A stretch of DNA of 64,000 bases from an uncultured Gemmatimonadales bacterium (lineage in GTDB: Bacteria > Gemmatimonadota > Gemmatimonadetes > Gemmatimonadales > GWC2-71-9): NCBI GenBank assembly GCA_963771275.1, contig CAVYSW010000003.1:1632001-1696000 (forward strand). The letters run 5' to 3'. A program made the translations under genes and the position numbers. Shown here piece after piece: positions 28,378 through 36,650 of this stretch. Each line of letters starts with the position of its first letter. The stretch's first letter is position 1. The notes under the pieces are model-generated. The model was not told the origin of the DNA, made no database searches, and worked only from the letters and a program-made list of their open reading frames with translations.

Positions 28378-28653
28378 CTACTGGCTCGCGAGAACCGTCT
28401 CGCTTCGCTGGATCACCGGCTGGCAATACCGCTCGCCCAAGCGTCGCAGCTCGACGAGCTCCGTCGGCGTGAGTCCCTCGTAGCGCTCGGCGAGGTACTC
28501 CATCGTATCATCAAACCACTCCTTCTGATCTTCCACCGCCGCCTCCAGCACCCCGCAGCGAAGGATGTGGCTGAACAGTTCGTCCCGCGCCTGATCGAAC
28601 ACGCGATTGGGGGTCGTCGGTTCCCGACGCTTCGGTGCCTTCCCTTTGCCCAT
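28378..28653 (-). CDS. Hypothetical protein (91 aa, helical)
   Basis: AGGAG SD upstream of MGKGK; protein-like composition (ARDELFSHILRCGV...LGERYCQPVI). Confidence 0.75.
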   Translation of the reverse strand: MGKGKAPKRREPTTPNRVFDQARDELFSHILRCGVLEAAVEDQKEWFDDTMEYLAERYEGLTPTELVELRRLGERYCQPVIQRSETVLASQ

Positions 28654-28773
28654 GCCGCTGGAACTCCTGTCGCCTGAATGTGATAGAACGGTGCGAAAGG
28701 TAAGGGGTGCGGCCGGTCCGCGCAAACCGGTTAGATTCCGCCCTGCGCGTCGCTCACGAAGCCGGGAAACGAT

Positions 28774-29067
28774 ATGCCTGAGCCCACCTACGGTCCCGAG
28801 CGGGCACGACGGCTCGTGGAGCTGCTGCGGACGCTGGCGGTGCGGATCATCGAGCTGGACGACGCCGCCCTGCTCGCCGCCGGCCCGGCCCTGCTCAAGC
28901 TGCTCGGTGACGCACGCAGCGAGCTGTTTCACTACGAAGTGCGCAGCACGTACGACACGCCCGAGATCGCCGAGAGCCGGCGCATCGTGCGCGAGGCGCA
29001 GCTCGGCGACGCACTACGTGACGACCCGGACGAGGGGGACGCCCGATGGCGGGAGAGCAACGGATGA
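28774..29067 (+). CDS. Hypothetical protein (97 aa)
   Basis: Coding-like codon usage; ATGA overlap with the DsbA-like gene. Confidence 0.7.
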   Translation: MPEPTYGPERARRLVELLRTLAVRIIELDDAALLAAGPALLKLLGDARSELFHYEVRSTYDTPEIAESRRIVREAQLGDALRDDPDEGDARWRESNG

Positions 29068-29714
29068 AGCGGTTCTACGTGGCACTCGCGGTGATCGCGG
29101 TGATCGGCGTGGCGGCGCTGCTGATGGCCCGGAAACGGAGCAGCGACGGCACCCAGGTCCTGGCCTCGGTCGCCGCCGACTCGACCGTGTTTCCGGGGCA
29201 CGTGCTCGGCAGTGACACCGCACCGGTCACGATCGTCGAATACGCCGACTTCCAGTGTCCGGCGTGCGGCAAGTTCGCGGTGCTCACGGAGCCCGACGTG
29301 CGGACGCGCCTGGTGAACACGGGGCGGGTGCGCTGGATCTTCCGCGATTTCCCGCTCGACGGACATCCCAACTCCATGCCGGCGCACCTCGCGGCCGCCT
29401 GCGCGGGGGAACAGGGCAAGTTCTTCCAGATGCACGACGAGCTGTACTTCAACCAGGGGCGCTGGGCCCTCGAAGCCCGACCGCAGCGCCAGTTTCGCGC
29501 CTACGCCCGGGCGATCGGCCTCGACCTGAGCCGCTACGACGACTGTGTCGCCTCCAAGCGGTACCTGGGCCGCCTGACCGCGATGAAAGACAATGCGCTG
29601 AGCCGCGGCATCAACGAGACGCCCACCTTCGAGATCGACAACCGGCGCATGTCGGGCTACATCGACTACGACAGCCTGAAGGCGCTCGTCGATCGGGCGG
29701 CGGGCAGCCGGTGA
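29064..29714 (+). CDS. DsbA/BdbD-family thioredoxin-fold oxidoreductase
   Basis: N-terminal TM; EYADFQCPACG; RDFPL; cis-Pro loop ETPTF. Confidence 0.92.
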   Translation: MKRFYVALAVIAVIGVAALLMARKRSSDGTQVLASVAADSTVFPGHVLGSDTAPVTIVEYADFQCPACGKFAVLTEPDVRTRLVNTGRVRWIFRDFPLDGHPNSMPAHLAAACAGEQGKFFQMHDELYFNQGRWALEARPQRQFRAYARAIGLDLSRYDDCVASKRYLGRLTAMKDNALSRGINETPTFEIDNRRMSGYIDYDSLKALVDRAAGSR

Positions 29715-30145
29715 CCCATCGCATGATCGCGGCGACACTCGCCCTCGTGGGCCTGTTCGTCGCGCTGTATCTGTGGCTCTGGAAGATCGGCGTCCTCGGA
29801 GTGCTCGCCTGCGGGGACGGCGGGTGCGAAACCGTCCAGCTGAGCGCCTACGCCGACCTGTTCGGGATTCCCGTCGCGCTCTACGGCGTGGTCGGCTATC
29901 TCGCCCTGCTGAGCGTCGGGCTCGCGGGGGTGCAGGGCCCGCTGGCCACCCGGCGCGGGCCGACCACCGCGCTCGTGCTGCTCGCGGGTGTCGGGGTGGC
30001 CTTCAGCGGCTACCTCACCTACCTGGAAGCCGCGGTGATTCACGCGTGGTGCCGCTGGTGCGTGGTGTCGGCCGCGATCGTCACCGCCATCTTCGGGGTC
30101 GCCGTCGCGGGGTGGCTCGGTCAGCGGCGTGGGGCCGGCCACTGA
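29711..30145 (+). CDS. Vitamin K epoxide reductase (VKOR) family protein
   Basis: CGDGGCETV, GIPVALYG, YLTYLE, WCRWC; GTGA overlap with the DsbA-like gene. Confidence 0.92.
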   Translation: MTHRMIAATLALVGLFVALYLWLWKIGVLGVLACGDGGCETVQLSAYADLFGIPVALYGVVGYLALLSVGLAGVQGPLATRRGPTTALVLLAGVGVAFSGYLTYLEAAVIHAWCRWCVVSAAIVTAIFGVAVAGWLGQRRGAGH

Positions 30146-30253
30146 CGCGGCGCGCGTCGCGGACCGGGCGCCCCGGGGTGAGCCGCGATGCGTATATTCC
30201 CCGGCGAAAACGGGGCAGTCGGCTGACGCCAGCGACGCGGTGACGGGAATCTC

Positions 30254-30622
30254 ATGAAAGACGGCGGTGCCAAGCGGCGCGTGTTGTTTGTCGAGGACGA
30301 AGCGGGTCTGCGACAGGCATATCGGCGGTATTTCGGGGGCCGGTTCGATGCGGCGTTCGCCGCCAGCGGCGGCGAGGCGCGTGTGCTCGTGCGGGAGTTC
30401 GCTCCGGACCTCGTGGTGTTGGATCTGCGCCTGCCCGACGGCGACGGCATGGACCTGCTGCGGGATCTGCGCGGGCTGCGCCCCGACCTCCGCGTCGTGA
30501 TCACCACGTCGTACGCCAGCATGCAGCCGCTATTCGAGATGCTCGGCATCGCGCACAGCGGCTACCTCGTGAAGCCCTTCTCCCTGAGCGACCTCGGCGC
30601 GCAGATCGATGCCGCCTTCTGA
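30254..30622 (+). CDS. Single-domain response regulator
   Basis: LFVEDE, VLDLRLPDGDG, ITTS, YLVKPF. Confidence 0.9.
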   Translation: MKDGGAKRRVLFVEDEAGLRQAYRRYFGGRFDAAFAASGGEARVLVREFAPDLVVLDLRLPDGDGMDLLRDLRGLRPDLRVVITTSYASMQPLFEMLGIAHSGYLVKPFSLSDLGAQIDAAF

Positions 30623-31280
30623 TCCCGTCATCATCGCGACGGGGCTGTCCCGCCGGTTCGCCTACCGGCCGGTGCTGGTGGACGTCTCGCTGGAAGTGCG
30701 GCGCGGGGAGGCGCTCCTGCTCGTCGGCCCCAACGGCGCCGGCAAGACCACCCTGCTCCGAGTCCTGGCGGGACTGCTCCGGCCCACGGCCGGCCACGTG
30801 GAGCGCCGCGCGCCCATCGGGATGGTGGCGCACGAGCCGATGCTCTATCCCGCGCTCACCGCGCGTGAGAATCTCCGCTTCTTCGCCCGCCTCCACGGCG
30901 TGGACACGGCCCGCGTCGCCGAGCTGCTCGAGCAGGTCGACCTGACGCACCGGGCACACGATCGGATCGGCACGTTCAGCCGCGGCATGCTGCAGCGCAT
31001 GGCGATCGCGCGGGCCCTCGTGCACGAGCCCGCCCTGCTGCTGTTCGACGAGCCGCTGAGCGGCCTGGACGCCGCCGCGTCGCGCGCGCTGGTGGCGCTG
31101 CTGGCCGAGCTGCGCGACCGGGGGACGGCCATGATCCTGGTGAGCCACCAGCTCGAGTTGCTGCGCGGCGTGGGGACCCATATCGTCCACATGGCGGGCG
31201 GCCGCCTCGGCCCGGTTGACCCGCTCGACGGCCGCGATCCGGTGGCCCTGTTCACGGCGCTGATGCGCGCGGCGAGCTGA
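30609..31280 (+). CDS. ccmA: Heme ABC exporter ATP-binding subunit
   Basis: GPNGAGKTT, FSRGMLQR, LLFDEP; directly precedes ccmB and ccmC. Confidence 0.88.
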   Translation: MPPSDPVIIATGLSRRFAYRPVLVDVSLEVRRGEALLLVGPNGAGKTTLLRVLAGLLRPTAGHVERRAPIGMVAHEPMLYPALTARENLRFFARLHGVDTARVAELLEQVDLTHRAHDRIGTFSRGMLQRMAIARALVHEPALLLFDEPLSGLDAAASRALVALLAELRDRGTAMILVSHQLELLRGVGTHIVHMAGGRLGPVDPLDGRDPVALFTALMRAAS

Positions 31281-31283
31281 GCC

Positions 31284-31964
31284 GTGGGCGCCGTGCTGCG
31301 GGCGGCCTGGCTCATCGCGATCAAGGATATCGCGATCGAGTGGCGCACCAAGACGGCGTTCGCGTCGGGACTCGTGTTTGCCGTGCTCGTGCTGGCCGTG
31401 CTGTTCTTCTCGCGCGATCCCACCGTCGTGTCGTCGCACGACATCGCCCCTGGCGCCCTGTGGGTCACGTTCACCTTCGCGGCGATGCTTGGCCTGAACC
31501 GCGCGTTCCTGCTGGAGCAGGAGCTGCGCGGGCTCGACGGTATCCTGTTGAGCCCCGCGCCCCGCAGCGCGATCTTCTGGGGGAAGTTCGGCGGGAACCT
31601 GGCGTTCGTCGGGCTGATCGAGGCGGTCAGCATCCTGCTGTTCGTGCCGTTCTACGACGTGCCGATCTGGCTGCGCTTCGGCGAGCTGCTGCTGGTGATC
31701 GCGATGACCACGGTGGCCTTCGTGGCGGTGGGTACCCTGCTCAGCGCGATGGTCGTGCGGACCCGCTACGCGGAGCTGATGCTGCCGCTGCTGCTGCTGC
31801 CGTTCCTCGTGCCGCCCCTGGTGGGCGGCGTGCAGCTCACCGCCGGGTTGCTCGACGGGCGCCCCTTGAGTGCCCTCTCGGGCTGGCTTAAGTTGATCGG
31901 CGCCTTCGACGTGGCCTTCGTCACGCTCGCCGCGCTCCTCTTTCAGGTGGTTTTGGACGAATGA
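31284..31964 (+). CDS. ccmB: Heme exporter permease
   Basis: KDIAIEWR, GALWV, E.E...LDGILL.P, LMLPLLLLPFLVP; six TM. Confidence 0.9.
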   Translation: MGAVLRAAWLIAIKDIAIEWRTKTAFASGLVFAVLVLAVLFFSRDPTVVSSHDIAPGALWVTFTFAAMLGLNRAFLLEQELRGLDGILLSPAPRSAIFWGKFGGNLAFVGLIEAVSILLFVPFYDVPIWLRFGELLLVIAMTTVAFVAVGTLLSAMVVRTRYAELMLPLLLLPFLVPPLVGGVQLTAGLLDGRPLSALSGWLKLIGAFDVAFVTLAALLFQVVLDE

Positions 31965-32665
31965 CCCTGCAGGACCGGGCGGTCCGGCTCGCCGGCGTGG
32001 GGCGCAGCATCACGGTGCTCGCCCTCCTCGGGCTCGCCGGCGTCTACGTGCGGGCGCTGAAATACACCCCCGTGGAGATGAGCCAGGGCCTGGCGCAGAA
32101 GATCTTCTATGTACACGTGCCGGCGGCGTGGGCGGCGCTGCTCGCCATCTCGGTGTGCGGCCTGCTCAGCGTGCTGTACCTGTGGCTCAAGGACCGGCGC
32201 ATCGATCTCGCCGCGGCGGCATCCGCCGAGGTGGGTATCGCGTTCGGCGTGGTGATGCTCACCACGGGGCCGCTGTGGGGGAAGCCGATCTGGGGAACCT
32301 GGTGGACCTGGGACGCGCGGCTCACGTCGACGCTGTTTCTCTTCCTGCTGTTCGTGGGCTACGTCGTGCTGCGGGGCGTGCTCACCGACCCCGGGGTCCG
32401 TGGCCGGTTTTCAGCGGTGATCGGCATCATGGGCCTGGTGCTGGTCCCGTTCATTCACCTCACGGTGTACCTGTTCCGCACCCTGCATCCGGCGCCGATC
32501 GTTCTCAAGCCGAGCGCGCCGTCATTGCCCAGCGTCATGCTGGTGACGCTGCTGTCGTCGGTCGGGGTGTTCACCCTGCTGTACGTCGGCTTCATGATGC
32601 AGCGCTACGCCCTGGGACTGCTGCGCGAGCTGCGCGAAGAGGAGCTGGCCGGTGCCGCCCGATAA
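31961..32665 (+). CDS. ccmC: Heme exporter / cytochrome c biogenesis protein
   Basis: IFYVHVP and the WWD motif GPLWGKPIWGTWWTWDARLT; RTLHP. Confidence 0.95.
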   Translation: MTLQDRAVRLAGVGRSITVLALLGLAGVYVRALKYTPVEMSQGLAQKIFYVHVPAAWAALLAISVCGLLSVLYLWLKDRRIDLAAAASAEVGIAFGVVMLTTGPLWGKPIWGTWWTWDARLTSTLFLFLLFVGYVVLRGVLTDPGVRGRFSAVIGIMGLVLVPFIHLTVYLFRTLHPAPIVLKPSAPSLPSVMLVTLLSSVGVFTLLYVGFMMQRYALGLLRELREEELAGAAR

Positions 32666-32765
32666 CCGCGCGTTCATGATTGCCGCCTACGTCATCGTCG
32701 CGGTCGTGGTCGTGGTGTACGCGATCTCGCTCGTCGTCCGGACCCGCGACGTGCTGCGCAAGTGA
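32652..32765 (+). CDS. ccmD: CcmD-like small membrane protein (37 aa; not in the ORF track)
   Basis: GAGGAG SD, GTG start; MPPDNRAFMIAAYVIVAVVVVVYAISLVVRTRDVLRK has one TM with AAY and a basic tail; position directly after ccmC. Confidence 0.7.
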   Translation: MPPDNRAFMIAAYVIVAVVVVVYAISLVVRTRDVLRK

Positions 32766-32766
32766 G

Positions 32767-32808
32767 GACTGAATGTCCAATGGCCAATGCTCAATGCCCA
32801 AGGCGGAA
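32767..32808. repeat. Degenerate heptamer tandem repeat (TGNYCAA)
   Basis: gactgaa tgtccaa tggccaa tgctcaa tgcccaa ggcggaa. Confidence 0.7.
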
Positions 32809-32812
32809 GGCG

Positions 32813-32910
32813 ACGGCTAACGGCTAACCGCTGCACGCTACACGCTGCACGCTGCACGCTACACGCTGCCCGCTGCCCGCTACACGCTGCCCGCTACACG
32901 CTACACGCCG
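32813..32910. repeat. Heptamer tandem repeat, 14 units (consensus CMCGCTR)
   Basis: acggcta acggcta accgctg cacgcta cacgctg cacgctg cacgcta cacgctg cccgctg cccgcta cacgctg cccgcta cacgcta cacgccg. Confidence 0.95.
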
Positions 32911-33452
32911 CCCTCCGGCCAGCGGTGCCCGGTCTCCCCTTCCCACAGCGCGATGGCTTGCTGGGCGGCTGCGCGATCGCCCGCGGCGAGCAGCGCGCGC
33001 GCGTTCTCCCTCAGCGCTTCGGGCCCGGCGCCCGCCGCATACGCCCGTGCGAATCGCGCGCCGGCGGTGGCGGGGTCGCCCAGCTGGCGGTACAGCCGAC
33101 CGGCGGCGAACGCCGCGTCGGGGCGCTCCACGAGCTGCAGCGCCCGCTCGTAGGCGACCAGGGCGTCGCGCGTGCGGTAGGCGGCGGCGCTGGCCGCGCC
33201 GAGCGCCACCCACGCGTCGGCGGACGTGCCGAATCGCGTCGCCCAGCGACTTGCCAGCGCCATGGCACCGAGCAGGTCGCCCGCGGCCAGCTCGGCGGCA
33301 AGCAGCGCCCGATGCGGCGCGCCGAAGCCGGACTCGAGCAGGCAGGCCGCGCGCAGCCAGCGGCGGGCCCTCGGCGTCGTCGCGCCGAGCGCCGTTGCCC
33401 GGCGTGAGGCCAGGCCTGCAAGCGCCGCGCGGGCGCGCCGGAAGGGGGACAC
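32901..33452 (-). CDS. TPR-like hypothetical protein
   Basis: ADAWVALG...ALVAYERAL and AAGRLYRQLGD TPR-like helices; GTG start at 33452 inferred. Confidence 0.65.
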   Translation of the reverse strand: MSPFRRARAALAGLASRRATALGATTPRARRWLRAACLLESGFGAPHRALLAAELAAGDLLGAMALASRWATRFGTSADAWVALGAASAAAYRTRDALVAYERALQLVERPDAAFAAGRLYRQLGDPATAGARFARAYAAGAGPEALRENARALLAAGDRAAAQQAIALWEGETGHRWPEGGV

Positions 33453-33463
33453 GCCCCCGGTCC

Positions 33464-34153
33464 TCAAGGCTCCGGGTCGCCCGGGAGCGGGAGCAGTAGC
33501 TTGCCCCACACGAACGCGGCCACCGCCGCGCCGAGCAGCGGGCCGATCCAGTACGCCAGGTGGCCGTGCCAGTCCATCGCGACCAGTGCGGGCCCGAACG
33601 CCCGGGCGGGGTTCAGGGCCGCGCCCGTGAGCGGGCCGGCGAGGAAGATCGCGAACAGCAGCACCAGGCCGATCGCGAACCCCCCGACCTGCGGGGCGTG
33701 GCGGGACACGGCGGTCCCGAACACCGCACTCACCAGGCAGAGGGTCAGCACCGCCTCGAGCAGCACCGCCTGGGTGAGCGTCACGTCCTGCGCGATGCGC
33801 GGCACCCCGAAGCTCGCCTGCTGCGCGGCGCCCGGGGGGAACAGGTGGCCGACGCACAGCACGGCGACCACCGCGGCCGCGAGCTGGGTCACGACGTACA
33901 GCGCGGCCCGTCCCGTCTTGATCCGACCCGTCATCCACACCGCGAACGTGACCGCGGGGTTGAGGTGTCCGCCGGAGATGCGCATCGTGACCGTCACCAT
34001 CACGGCGAACGCGAGCGCGTGCGCGAACGCGATGCCGCCGATGCCGAACAGGTCGTTCCGGGCGGCGTTCGTGACGACGATGCCGGTGCCGACGAACACG
34101 AAGGCAAACGTGCCCAGAAACTCGGCCGCGAGCGGTCGCAGGGTGGATCGCAT
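33464..34153 (-). CDS. Aquaporin / MIP channel
   Basis: AEFLGTF, SGGHLNPAVT, ALNPARAFGP, YWIGPLLG; GGAGG SD. Confidence 0.95.
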   Translation of the reverse strand: MRSTLRPLAAEFLGTFAFVFVGTGIVVTNAARNDLFGIGGIAFAHALAFAVMVTVTMRISGGHLNPAVTFAVWMTGRIKTGRAALYVVTQLAAAVVAVLCVGHLFPPGAAQQASFGVPRIAQDVTLTQAVLLEAVLTLCLVSAVFGTAVSRHAPQVGGFAIGLVLLFAIFLAGPLTGAALNPARAFGPALVAMDWHGHLAYWIGPLLGAAVAAFVWGKLLLPLPGDPEP

Positions 34154-34200
34154 GGGGGTCTCGTCCTCCGTGATCGGGAGCGGCTCCGCGACCGGACCGG

Positions 34201-35433
34201 CTAGGCCCGTCGCAGCACCAGGCTCGCGTTGACGCCGCCGAACCCGAACGAGTTCGACAGGGCGACCTCCGGCTGGGCCGCGCGCCCGTCGCGCGGCAGG
34301 TAGTCGAGGTCGCACGCCGCGTCGGGGGTCTGCAGGTTGAGCGTCGGCGGCAGCCACGCGCGCGCGAGCGCCAGCGCCGTGATCGCCGCCTCGATCGCCC
34401 CGCTCGCCCCCAGCGGATGTCCATAGTAGCCCTTCGTCCCGCTCACGGCGAGCCGGGCCGCGTGGTCCCCGAAAACCAGCTTCAGGGCGGCCGTCTCCGT
34501 GGAGTCGTTGAGTGGGGTGGACGAGCCGTGCGCGTTGACGTAGCCCACCGCGGTCGGCGGGACGCCGGCGTCGCGCAGCGCCAGCGTCATGGCGCGCGCG
34601 GCCTCGCGCCCGCCGGGCTTCGGGGCGGTCATGTGATGGGCGTCGTTGGTGAGCGCGTAGCCGAGCACCTCGGCGTAGATCCGGGCGCCCCGCGCGACCG
34701 CGCGCTCCCGGGCCTCGAGCACCAGCACCGCGGCCCCTTCGCCCATCACGAAGCCGTCGCGCCCGGCATCGAACGGCCGGCTGGCGGTCGCCGGATCGTC
34801 GTTGCGCGTGGACATCGCGCGGATCAGGGCGAAGGCACCGAAGCAGAGCGGGGCGAGCGGCGCCTCCGCGCCGCCGGCCAGCATCACGTCCGCATCGCCG
34901 CGCTGGATCGCCCGCAGCGCGTCGCCGAGCGCGACCGTTCCCGAGGCGCAGGACATGCCGTTCGTCGCGTTGGGCCCGGTGAACCCGAACGCGATGGCGA
35001 TGTTGCAGGAGGCCGCCCCACCAAAGACCGTGAGCGCGAGGTGCGCGTCGACGGCGCGGAGCCCATCGCGGTGGAACACGATCGCCTGGTGCTCCGCGTG
35101 CGCCACCCCGCCGAGCGCCGACCCCATCATGACGCCCACGCGGTCGTGATCCGCGCGCGCGGCATCGAGCCCGGCGTCGTCCAGCGCGAGCCGCGCCGCC
35201 GTCACGCCGAGTTGGGAGAATCGGTCGAGCCGCCGCACCTGTTTGGCTTCGAGGTGGTCCTGCGGGCGGAAGTCCGGGATCTCGGCGGCGATCCGGCTGC
35301 GGAACGGGGCCGGATCGAACCGGGTGATCTCGCGCACCCCCGAGCGGCGCGCCAGGAGACCCGCCCACAAGCCATCCACCCCCGTGCCCACTGGGGTGAC
35401 GCAGCCGATGCCCGTGATCACGACCCGTTGCAT
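34201..35433 (-). CDS. fabF: Beta-ketoacyl-ACP synthase II family ketosynthase
   Basis: RVVITGIG, catalytic Cys (SCASG), His (NAHGSST) and His (GHPLGASG); SRPFD..RDGFVMGEG; SNSFGFGG. Confidence 0.88.
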   Translation of the reverse strand: MQRVVITGIGCVTPVGTGVDGLWAGLLARRSGVREITRFDPAPFRSRIAAEIPDFRPQDHLEAKQVRRLDRFSQLGVTAARLALDDAGLDAARADHDRVGVMMGSALGGVAHAEHQAIVFHRDGLRAVDAHLALTVFGGAASCNIAIAFGFTGPNATNGMSCASGTVALGDALRAIQRGDADVMLAGGAEAPLAPLCFGAFALIRAMSTRNDDPATASRPFDAGRDGFVMGEGAAVLVLEARERAVARGARIYAEVLGYALTNDAHHMTAPKPGGREAARAMTLALRDAGVPPTAVGYVNAHGSSTPLNDSTETAALKLVFGDHAARLAVSGTKGYYGHPLGASGAIEAAITALALARAWLPPTLNLQTPDAACDLDYLPRDGRAAQPEVALSNSFGFGGVNASLVLRRA

Positions 35434-35885
35434 GCGCGTTCCGCCTCCCGTTTCACGCCCGCCAGGGTGCGGGCGGCGATCCCGTGAATGAATACCGGCC
35501 CGATCACCAGCGCGGCGGCCGGCCTGCCGATCAGCGGCCACGGGGGTCCCGCCCACGCGTGGACGATGCGGACGTCCGTGGCCCCGTCGCGCCCGCCCAC
35601 CGTCCACGCGACGTCCATGCCGCGCGTGATACCCTGGATGTGGCGGTAGTGAATCGTCAGGGCGTCCGGCTCGAGCCGCATCTCCGAGACCCACCACGTC
35701 GGGTAGCCCAACGGGCCGAACGGTCGCCACGCCGCCATCTCCACCACGGCCGCGTCCGCCCGCCGCTCCAGCACCCGGACCCAGCGATAGTGCGGCAGGA
35801 ACGTCGGCCAACGCTCGACGTCCGCCGCCAGGGCGTAGACGCGCTCCCGGGGGGCCGCGACCGCAATGCGGTCAACCGTGCGCAT
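35418..35885 (-). CDS. SRPBCC/START-fold protein (polyketide aromatase/cyclase-like)
   Basis: VYALAADVERWPTFLPHYRWVRVLE, GMDVAW, IAARTLAGVKREAE; overlaps the ketosynthase start. Confidence 0.85.
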   Translation of the reverse strand: MRTVDRIAVAAPRERVYALAADVERWPTFLPHYRWVRVLERRADAAVVEMAAWRPFGPLGYPTWWVSEMRLEPDALTIHYRHIQGITRGMDVAWTVGGRDGATDVRIVHAWAGPPWPLIGRPAAALVIGPVFIHGIAARTLAGVKREAERACNGS

Positions 35886-36576
35886 GGCGCGCTCGCCAGA
35901 CCGCCACGAGGCGGAACCCACGACGGCGGTGCACAGACCCGGCGATCCCGGCCGTCGCCAGCAGCGCGCGGAGCTCGGTCGCCGTGAAGCTGCGGCGCAC
36001 GCTGAGGATGCCGTCGCGGCGCGTCACCGGATGCAGGCCGAGCGTCAGCGCTGCGAGCCAGATCCCGCCGACCGCCCAGGCCGTGCGCCGCGGCTCCGCC
36101 ACGATGACCCCCAGCCGCGCCAGTTCGTCGAACGCGCGCACCAGCGCCACCGCACTCGCCCGGTCGAAATGGTGCAGCAGCTGGCTGGCGAGCACGATGT
36201 CCACCGATCCCGGCCGCAGCGGGAGGGCCGCCGCCGTCGCCACGACCGGGTTGAGGCCGGCCGCGTGACACAGCGCGCTCGCCGCCGGATGCGTGTCGAC
36301 GGTGAGCGGCACGAGCGTGATGCCCCGGGCGCGTGCCCGGCGCGCCAGCGCGGCCGCGATGTCGCCGGCGCCGGCGCCGACGTCGAGCAGCGTGAGGCGC
36401 TCCCCCGGACGCCGGTCCCGCAGCAGGCGATCGAGACCAAACGCCGCGGCGCTGCGCCCGCCGAACAGGGCGTTCACGGTCCCGAGGTCCTCCAGGGTGG
36501 CGCGGGCCACCGGGAGGGGACAGTCGCGGCCGTCGAGCGCCTCGCGACCGAGCGCGGCGGGCGTGAGGGAAATCAT
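35872..36576 (-). CDS. SAM-dependent methyltransferase
   Basis: EALDG...LEDL..VNALFGG, LLDVGAGAGD, DIVLASQLLHHF, DGILSVRRSFT..EL. Confidence 0.88.
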   Translation of the reverse strand: MISLTPAALGREALDGRDCPLPVARATLEDLGTVNALFGGRSAAAFGLDRLLRDRRPGERLTLLDVGAGAGDIAAALARRARARGITLVPLTVDTHPAASALCHAAGLNPVVATAAALPLRPGSVDIVLASQLLHHFDRASAVALVRAFDELARLGVIVAEPRRTAWAVGGIWLAALTLGLHPVTRRDGILSVRRSFTATELRALLATAGIAGSVHRRRGFRLVAVWRARHAHG

Positions 36577-36650
36577 GAGCGCGGGCGGCCGGCGCCGGAG
36601 AGGACGGCGGCATCCGACACGTCGCGGTGGTGAGCCGGCGGCATCGCGCC

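Noticed and set aside
32767..32910. Possible CRISPR array, or coding ORFs 32787..33407 and 32824..33213
   Set aside because: Units are contiguous 7-mers with no spacers and no cas genes; the ORF translations merely reflect the repeat or overlap the TPR gene.
34154..35368. Apparent long N-terminal extension or fusion on the aquaporin (ORF 33464..35368)
   Set aside because: Alternative frame over the ketosynthase, Arg/Pro/Gly-rich nonsense; the aquaporin has its own SD and ATG at 34153.
34201..35885. Canonical type II PKS
   Set aside because: No chain-length factor or ACP in the cluster; KS motifs are closer to FabF. Kept only as an atypical cluster.
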